From: Octopus bimaculoides
Taxonomy: Eukaryota
DNA: 64,000 nt
NCBI RefSeq assembly: GCF_001194135.2
Contig: NC_068981.1
Location: 141,329,746 to 141,393,745 of the forward strand
Reading direction: 5' to 3'
Shown: piece after piece, positions 54,372 to 64,000 of the stretch
Numbering within the stretch: the first letter of the stretch is position 1
Layout: every line of letters starts with the position of its first letter
The notes under the pieces: generated by a model
What the model was told of the DNA's origin: nothing
Database searches by the model: none
The model's input: the letters and a program-made list of their open reading frames with translations, nothing else
Made by a program: the position numbers and the translations under genes

Positions 54372-54500
54372 GCAAGGTGAGACACACATAAGAAAGAAGG
54401 AAACAATGGACCACTGATGAGGTCACAGAAGTGTGACGAAAGAACTCTGACCGAAATAAGATTAAGATTAATGTAATATAAAGCTGAAGCAAAGTAACAC
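54372..54500 (+). mobile_element. solo fragment homologous to the Penelope-like element 3' pseudo-LTR
   Basis: caaggtgagacacacataagaaagaagg...gtgtgacgaaagaactctgaccgaaataag...aatataaagctgaa aligns with rc of 41909-42020. Confidence 0.75.
54408..54452 (+). ncRNA. minimal type I hammerhead ribozyme motif
   Basis: CTGATGA (54414-20); perfect stem II GTCACA-GAAG-TGTGAC (54422-37); GAAA (54438-41); short stem III AG-AA-CT; UC site at 54446-47; imperfect stem I GGACCA/TGACC. Confidence 0.7.
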
Positions 54501-54934
54501 CAAATATACAGTGCGTGTGTTTTTATTGGCTAAACTGGCAATATGACCATCCCCAAGTACAACNNNNNNNNNNNNNNNNNNNNNNNNNNNNNNNNNNNNN
54601 NNNNNNNNNNNNNNNNNNNNNNNNNNNNNNNNNNNNNNNNNNNNNNNNNNNNNNNNNNNNNNNNNNNNNNNNNNNNNNNNNNNNNNNNNNNNNNNNNNNN
54701 NNNNNNNNNNNNNNNNNNNNNNNNNNNNNNNNNNNNNNNNNNNNNNNNNNNNNNNNNNNNNNNNNNNNNNNNNNNNNNNNNNNNNNNNNNNNNNNNNNNN
54801 NNNNNNNNNNNNNNNNNNNNNNNNNNNNNNNNNNNNNNNNNNNNNNNNNNNNNNNNNNNNNNNNNNNNNNNNNNNNNNNNNNNNNNNNNNNNNNNNNNNN
54901 NNNNNNNNNNNNATTTTATAGAAAGATAGAAATA

Positions 54935-54936
54935 TG

Positions 54937-54969
<33 letters not shown>

Positions 54970-54977
54970 ATAAATAA

Positions 54978-55045
<68 letters not shown>

Positions 55046-55056
55046 GTAGGTAGGTA
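54935..55056. repeat. (GATA)n microsatellite
   Basis: Directly visible. Confidence 0.95.
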
Positions 55057-55239
55057 GAGAAGTAGTTGTATGGGTATATTGTCAGTGCACTCTTATCTTT
55101 GTCCTTTTGTATTTGAGATGTTCCACTGGAATGAAATGAGATAATCTAAAAGCCATTTTCTGTGCTGTATTGCGAGTTACAAAGACTTCAATACATTGCT
55201 AAATGTTAAAAACACTTTTTGTAACAAGCATTTAAAAGA

Positions 55240-55425
55240 AGGCTAGCTGGCAGAACCTTTTTAGCACGTTGAGCAAAAATGTTTAGCGTCTATTTCTAAT
55301 TACCACGAGTTTGATTTTGCCTTTCTTCCTTCGATAAAATAAAAGCCATTTGAACACTGGGGTCGATATAATTAGCTTACCACTTCCTCGAAATTCAGGC
55401 CTTGTGAGAAAATCTGAAATCAATA
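55240..55425 (+). mobile_element. MetaSINE-like SINE, decayed
   Basis: agctggcagaacc...ttagcacg...tttgcctttcttccttcgataaaata...ggggtcgatataat...ggccttgtg. Confidence 0.7.
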
Positions 55426-56903
55426 TTAAAGATTCAATTATTTGGGAGCTTTAGATTAACATATCAATGCAATGACAATTTGCTTATATGACATGACTAC
55501 GGAGTGTTTTTGTGTATTATGTTCTTTCATTTCGTGTAAATCCTGTTATCATGTGTAATCATTTATTATTAACCTGCTTACTCTTTCAATCTTTCACTCC
55601 TCGAAGATCCTTTCATTCTTAAAATGGCGATCATTTTCTCTAAATCTGGAAAACCTTAGACACATGTCTAGTCATTAAAATCCGATGTGGGTCTTCTTCA
55701 GCAGAGTACCGTACACGCTTTTACCATGAAATTCAAGCAATACCGCAATATTTTAGGTTTTAAATATAGTCTGCAGGTTAAATGTTCTGCGTCTGTGTGA
55801 AATAGACCGTACAAAAAGCGTACTTTTTGAAGTATGTCTTTATCTATCATTGTTTAATTATTCATTCATATTTCACCGTAGTAATGAAGACAAGTTAATA
55901 AAGAAAGTCTGTGATATTATTACCTAATAATTTTCAGAAATGTGAAGGACCAAGTGTGACAGAAAACGAAAAAATAATATTTACTAGATAAAAACCCTAA
56001 ATCGGTCATTGACGGCATGAGAGAAGCATTCAACATTAAAAAAAATTGTCGATTTGTCTTACAATTTAAGCTAAGCATTCTGTATAATACAGACAGTAAA
56101 CCAACTGTTCAATTAACATCATTCAAGTTGACAGCGATATGTGTAATATCTCACTGAAATATTTCCAGGCTTTTATGTTGAATTGGCGCCACCTACATTT
56201 ACGGATTGCCACTAAAATCTTTGACACAGCGGTGGAAAAGTTCGGAGTATCTTTAGTTCTACTCAAAAAAAGCCTGGAGAGAGGCTGTCAAATGCATTCG
56301 GTATCGAAGTGCAACACTTAAGTTGTTTACGTCAAGTAGTTGCGTGTGTTTATATGCGTGTATGCACTTATATACCTACGTAAGCATAGGAACACAGCTA
56401 CAAACTCTCCCTCACAGACACGCACATGCATACAGACAGTCCAACACATATTTACACGTATGTATGTACTTATAAATGTTTACGCACACTCCTCACACAC
56501 TCGTATTTCTGGGAAAAGAACAGCAAGAAATATTCACTCCTATCAAGCAGCGAAGCCATTTTGAACATCAGTCTTTCTAGATTAATTTATCTTGGATTAC
56601 CTCTTACTTTATTTGAAGGAATCAAACAGTTAATAATTATTATAATTATTTGATTGCGCCGCTGACAAATATATATAACAAATAATCTATTCATTTCAGC
56701 AACTTAAACCTTTCAATTAATAGAAATCAAGCTTGAGTTCTCTTCGTGGAAAACAACACTTTTTTGTGTATCCTCTCTCTCATCATAATTCCCTGTTTTT
56801 CGCGTATATGCGTGTGTTTACGTGAGTGTGCGCACAAATGTGTGCTTTTGTGTGTATTTCTGTGTGAGTGTATATGTGTATGTGTGTGTGTGTGTGCGCG
56901 CGT

Positions 56904-56940
<37 letters not shown>

Positions 56941-57161
56941 TGGCTAGATAATAACCAGTCATACTTCCATCTGTTTACTTTCAACAACGAAAGCGATAAG
57001 TGATATAGCAGTGTCTATCTGTAGAAAGAAACCCTACCCACACATTCTCGTCTCCCTCTCATTCCATATACATTTGTGTGTGTGTGTAAATGCATGTGTG
57101 TTCATATATATACATAAACACACACACACACACACACACACACACTCATCAACAGACCCAT

Positions 57162-57204
<43 letters not shown>

Positions 57205-57699
57205 CAAAGAGATTTCAGTTTCAGATTCTTTCTGATAAAATAGCTCTACTACATCACTTCATATGCAATATACAATAATATGCTTTCGCCCATAGCGCAG
57301 TGATTCGCTCTCTAAAATATATAAATATTGATAGAATATATATATATTTTCCTTTAAAGCGAAATTCAAAATCCGTTTTAGATAACAACGATAGTTATAT
57401 ATTTTGATAATTTCTATTGCTTTTGGTGCATAAAATGAATAGTTTTCAAAATAATATGGTATATGGCTTAACATGTTATTACTAACCATGTGTATAAATT
57501 GTTGCGTAGAATAAAGTTCAGATGGATTGAAATGCTATCGAATTCTATATCGCAATACATTATTCCTTAAAATCCTGATTTTACATTTCAGTTGACAGAG
57601 GTATTCAAAACTTGTTTCAACAACTAGGTGGAATCGATTCCATCATTTACAACACGTTAAAGGCAAGAATAACTCATGGGTCTATCGATAAAGTATTTT

Positions 57700-57847
57700 C
57701 GTTTTTCTTTCTTTCTTTTTTCTTTCTTTCTTTTTTCTTTCTTTCTTTTTTTCTTTCTTTCTTTTTTCTTTCTTTTGTAGAAAGAAGGATTTAGGGATGA
57801 TAGTGCAGAAATCTCAGCTGACATCCAAATAAAGTCAATGAAACGAG

Positions 57848-57881
<34 letters not shown>

Positions 57882-57920
57882 GTAGTAGTAGTAGTAGTAA
57901 TAGTAGTAGTAGTAGTAAAT
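57700..57920. repeat. (TTTC)n and (TAG)n microsatellites
   Basis: Directly visible at about 57700-57775 and 57848-57918. Confidence 0.9.
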
Positions 57921-60597
57921 AATACCGTTATTCTTGTTATTGTTGTTGATAATGATTTCTTTATTAACCGGAAAGTTTCATATGATACAAGTTGCAATAA
58001 ATGTTAAATGAAACGGGGTTTACTATATGTGAGGAACTGGGCAAACTATATAGAATCTAGCGAAGGGGGCGAGAACGTTATACAATGAGCAGATAAAAGC
58101 AAATTATTGAAACATGAAATAGTATAAAAGATTACGACATGGTATAAAGTTTGTATGGGAGACCTGCAGTTATTGTTAATCAATAACACATAGTTCTATA
58201 GTTCAACTCCAAAGTCATCACTGCTGTAATGCTACTGGTGTCTCTGGTGGTGAGAATTATAGGGATGGTGTCCCTTGTAACTCTGCAGCTGCTGTTGGAG
58301 ATGGATTTTGTACATCGTTTCTTAAATGCTGCTCCCTCTGTCGTTCGAAGCTTCCATTTCTTGGTATTGTTGGGGGTTGATTTTCTCTTGATTTTATCGA
58401 GGTGTTTGTTTTGCCATATCACTTCCCACAGTTAACTTCGTCTCCTTTCTCTGAATAATTTGCGGTCGAGAGAGACATGTTTTGGTCTACATTTCATTTA
58501 TTTCTGGTTTGGTTTAGGGGATCCTTGTTTTTGCTTTTTTCGTTTTTGTTGACGATACCTAAGTCAGTGAGGACCGTATTTCTCTGGCTGTTTTTGTTGC
58601 TGTTGCTTGTACTCTCAATGTTGTTGTTATTGTTTATTTTTAAGCAACGATTTTATTCCTGCATCTGATGCTAAATGCTTTAGTACTGTGAGTTGGTTTC
58701 CATGAACATGATATAACGCGATAATTGGATAATTCTGAATTTTATTGGTATGTCTGCATTTATAAACGTAGAAACATCATACGTTTGGAAAGTTTTCAAA
58801 CGTGAATGTGGTAAAAATAATATTGTGACTATGTAAATTATGTTTGAGTAGGTATTACTTCGTAATAGTACGATATGTGATATAAAATCATCTTACAGTA
58901 TCGAACCGGAAGCTAACACACGTATACATTTTATACAATAACACTCTGTATTGCCTAAACTATAACACATATTAAGCAAGAGGTTTATATGTAATTGCTT
59001 TTATTGAAAATTTGGGAGAAATTTTATAAATTAAATATCGACGTTACATTGTAGAAACCTTTTGCTTGTTCTCACTGAAATAAGTCATTGGAAAGCGAAT
59101 GAAAAGATCATGGGCAGCAATTATACAATCCTACGATCATTTTCACTTTGGATAGCTAACATCTCCACGTGTGGTTGCAGCATACTTGTACGCATGCAGT
59201 ATATAAAACAGCAATAGTGAATAACCATTTAAGCCCTACTTTTATTTACGGTTACAAAATGATCAACACAAAAATAAATACTCTGACTTAGATGAACAAA
59301 TCCAAACTGAATAGGCCAGCAGAGCACGTGCATTTGCCATATCGGATTAGCACGTCACCGTTAGATACAGCAAGAAGCAGAATACATAATTCTTACAAGG
59401 TTTCGGAGAAAAATCGCGCGGTTGATTAAATACTGCATTTTTATCACTTTATCCAAAACCAATCTTCAGCAAAATACTTAGAGCAACGAGAACGTAGATA
59501 AAATAGTTCTGAATACACATGTTCAGTCAATTCTCTAGAGAAAATATATTTGGTACTTTGGAATTTCTATAGGACTTAGAAATGAAACGATAATACGAAG
59601 ATATTACAGAATTGTAGCATAGAGGCAAGCCGATAATAATCCTTGCAACATTTTACATAATATAAATGAACACTTATGAATAATCGATGTAGCAATAACG
59701 ATTTAGTATAATATTGTGCAAAAATGAACAGGGAACCTCAGCAAATATACTGACTTAGCCGTTTAATTATACACACGTGACAGCCAAGAAATTTGCCTAT
59801 AATCGGATTTCTAATTTACACAGCTTGAACGGTACAAAATCAAATCTGTAAAGACATTTAGGATTACATATAAATAGGTATAGTAACTTATCAGAAAATG
59901 GGAATGCTATGTTCTGTAAGCATTATTTGATCATTCTTTCGCAAAATATAATTTTATACGTGCTGTTTTGATAATGTACCAACATATATAATTACTGAAT
60001 AAGGAAAGGAAGTCTTCTATGTATTTCTCAATCCATGCATAATAATAAGTGAATTTTGTATCAGGGTATTAACAGTTTTGTTAGGTGTGTGGCAGGATTC
60101 GTGTGAATGATCAGTAACTGATTATTTTTTAAAGTCCCAAAAACATTTAGGATACGAATTCAGAAGGCAAAGAAAACCCGGATATTATAATTCTGTTGCC
60201 TCAACTTAAGTACCATATTCACCTGTATCTACATACACACACAAAATGGGTGATTGCTTAGTTTTGACATGTAGCCATTTAGAGAGATATGAAGAAGGCG
60301 TTAGAACGATGCTGAAACTTTACCTTCTTTACGGTGTTCCATAAGTCAGATTCGAAGCACTAAGGTTCTTCATCACGGAAGGGCACTTCTAGCATTTCAA
60401 GCCGAACTTGTCTGCGAATGTATTTGCGGACAGATTCTCTAAGTCCTTGCGTATATGCGTAGTGAAGATTTCAATTTACTTCGTGAATCAGGTCAAAAAG
60501 AGTTTTCTTTGTTACATTTGGATGTTCTTCAATGAATACGGCAGTGGTTGTGTTACTCACTTCCTATTCAATTGTGTTACTCACTTCCTATCTCCCT

Positions 60598-60641
<44 letters not shown>

Positions 60642-63105
60642 ATATATATATAGCTTGCAGATAAAACGTGAAATGAGTATAATATGGGGCCTAATTGGAC
60701 GCTGGTAGAAAAACCGATATAATCGTTTATAGGCACACGAGTATATGCAAAAACACGTGCATGGCCCCATACATAAAGACACATCACACACACACATGCA
60801 CACACAATGAATATATACACGTCGACATTCACGTATACGGACTCACACTTACCAAATAACTAAATACCTCTCGTAAACAAGACCATGATGAAAGAATATT
60901 ATTTTAAAAGATATGAAAGGAATTTGTATTATGGTGAGATTACAATAAATTGAACTAATTATGTCATGAATAGATGATAAATGTAACTAGGGTTAATAAT
61001 GAAATAAACACTAGCATTTATTTGTAATGCGATGTAAATATGGAACTCCAATAACTAGAATTCCAACTTTATGCAGTATGATATCATGATTTCTCCATAT
61101 CATTCCCTTAATTGTTTAAACCACACTATGATTTGCTTACACAATCCCACAGTGTTTCCAAGCAATCGACATAATAAAGCACGCGCGAAAATCACGCATG
61201 TTGTATTATGGTGCAACCAAAATGAAAACGAATGATTTTTACATATCTTTTCGCTCTTAAGGCTTCATAAGTGCGAGCTCATAGCACTTTACGTTATAGT
61301 TATTCAAATTATAGAAAATGGTTAACTACAGTACAAAGCAGAATTGAAGAAAACGATAATTTTATGAAATGTGCAATTGTGATCGCACGCAGAATCGACA
61401 GAGTCATTGAAAACTTCATAAATGATGTCAATGAACGAAATCTAAATATAACATTTTGTGGGAAACTTTCTAAGACCTCAGTGCCGAAAAATTTAAATCT
61501 CATCAGAAGGCAATCAAGAAGATATATAATGTAACGAAATATTTCTTCACACATCAAACATTTTGTCATTGTGTTCCGTACATAGATTATCTACATTGTA
61601 CGCCGCTTTAGCATAGCTAACGAATACAACAACGACCTATTAAAAATATATATTTCCATCGAAAAGATAAGACTCTGATGAACATCATAAATCCGAAACA
61701 TAAAAACAGCAAAGGAAAAGGAATTACCCATTGGTATATTTGTGTTTTCAATCTAGGGGAAGGTCCAAAATAGTTAGTAAGTAACGGTTATCATACTTCA
61801 GATAACCATAAAATGATTAATAATGCTCTAACGATGCTCTTAGCAAGTTCAGTTATCTGAATTAGAAGCTTCTGTCATAAACTTAAACACTGAGATCTGA
61901 ATCTTTGCTAACTTAGTAAATGTCCATTTGAAGACATCTGACAGGAAAAATCGATGGCATACTGCGGTGAAGTTTAAATGATTAGTTTCACTAAAGTTCT
62001 GCCGAAACGTACTGAAAATAGCTTAAGATGACGGTTACACTGACATAAATATTCATTCATTAACATTCCGTGACAATACACACACACGCGCACGTACACA
62101 CACACACTTAATCGAATATAACTGACTACATTAGAAAGACGAATGGAAATATGTTTAGAAGTATTTGGTCTATACTGAGCTATTGCCAGCAAAATCGCCA
62201 TGGAGGCTCATGTGTCACGTTGGTACTCCATTGTCCCTCATGGTTTAGTAAGGAAATATTCATCTTGAAGCCAAATCTAAACCATTTAAATTTCATGTCA
62301 AAGCCTCGTTATACACTGAAAATTTCTACCAAATTACCTCTCAGAATAATATAAATTGCCTTAATGCAAAATATCGATTTGCGTTTATTGAATAAACAAA
62401 ATACCGTAAATACCTATAGACATATATGTTTACTTCCACAACCCAGAAGTCACAAGTACTTCTACGACGTACATGTACTTAAAGCATTAATCCAAGCTAA
62501 AAAGTGTGTTTAGTTTGTAGTGCTTTAGAGGTGTATCAATGATCACTCAACAGCAATATCGTTAAGCGACTCTCTCTTCACTTCGTTTAACAGTAGGTTA
62601 TTTTCAATTAACTTTTACTGTTATATTTAATTAATCCTCTTCATTTCTAGTCTATTTTAAATCAAATTTGATTCACATCTAAAATTGTGATCTGTAAATT
62701 TTATTTCATGTTTTACTTACAGTCTTTCGCATACTTTTTATTAGGAGAAAAGAAAGAACAAACCTTTTCATATATATTGTCATTCAACTTTCGTAATCTA
62801 TTAACATTTTTCCTTCAATCAACATCTACTAAGTTCTTTGATAAATTTCTTGGATAAAATACATATCGTTATACACATCTTATGCCAATCATTTTACCAG
62901 TGTCTTATATTCGAGAGTGGTTTAGGTATTGATTAAACGTGTGACGAGTTGAAAAAAACAGAAAACCTATACGCGTGCGTGACAGGCATAATGAAATGCA
63001 TGCAAATATACATACATGCATATAGAATAGATAAAGTGTACGTATGAAGTATAAAACGAAACAGTATGAAAAAATTTTGTCTATTTTTTATATGTCATTA
63101 CTAAC

Positions 63106-63139
<34 letters not shown>

Positions 63140-64000
63140 AAATACATAGTATAGACATCGTTAATTGCTAACATAGAAAATGCTAGAGTATGGTTGTTCC
63201 GGTTCAGCATACAGACTACATTGTATATCTGTTTCCGGGATAATTTTCTTGGATTAAGCTGAGCATATTTGTGGTACATCTTAGAAAACCAACCGCCGAT
63301 GTAGAAATTGGAAATGCGAATCTAAGAGTTTTGATTAGCGAAGTTTGCAACCAGCAGTAAACATGGAAAAGCATTACAGTATGAACTGCTTAGCATTTTC
63401 TAATACGATTTCATTGCGAAAAAAACGTGGAATATTTCGTAAAAGTACATAGATGGATATACACATACAAATATATTGCCACATAATGCTCACGTAGATA
63501 CACAAAATCACAAACACAAATATACATACACTCACGCATTTAAATACATATTTATACACTTACATGCAGACACTCAGACACACACACACACGCGCACACA
63601 CACACACACACACACACATGTATGTATGTGGGCAGAAGAGAATACAAAAATAAAAACTAACGCAACAAAAAAAGTCAAAAGGATGTACAGTTTAGAATGA
63701 CAGCCAGTTTAAGAAGGAAAATAAGGCGTGTGTAACTTTTGAAGGATGGTACTTCGTGAGGAAATGGGGAAAGGAAATGTCAGGCGAGAAAGAAAAACAG
63801 TTCTAAGAAATGCACGTGAGTGGCTACATGGCAGAAGTGACATGACCCTACAAGAAGAGGTGAAAGCGCTAATTTATAAAACATTTGACATATGAATAAA
63901 AATCTGTAAATGTACAACCATCCAGACATCTGAGTACCTGATTATTATTTTGTCTAATAGATAATTCCTGTACATCACCTCCAAACCTTCCAATATATAT

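Noticed and set aside
58180-58668. GC-elevated stretch with overlapping short ORFs
   Set aside because: Possibly a retroelement relic, but no diagnostic motif could be recognised.
61674-61705. CTGATGA-ACATCATAAATCC-GAAA
   Set aside because: No stem I partner or UH site, and stem II does not pair.

Overview
AT-rich, repeat-dense eukaryotic scaffold with many N gaps beside microsatellites. The SINE and microsatellite content looks like a cephalopod (octopus-type) draft genome; this is an inference from recalled repeat families, not a search. No intact multi-exon gene can be built, only two isolated candidate exons. Recognisable elements: a full-length decayed mariner (14936-16190), a 5'-truncated R4/Dong-type RLE LINE (20075-22262, -), a decayed Penelope-like element with RT and C-terminal GIY-YIG (41909-43930, -), several tRNA-derived SINE families and MITEs. 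The most unusual region is 23.3-27.0 kb. It holds two diverged head-to-tail units, each encoding only an L1/Tx1-type ORF1 (Gag-like, CCHC knuckle) with no ORF2 and a conserved 3' end. A minimal type I hammerhead ribozyme motif follows directly (26815-26857). A second, unrelated hammerhead family occurs at 54408-54452, with a core-deleted homologue at the 3' end of the Penelope-like element. All alignments, translations and folds were done by eye.
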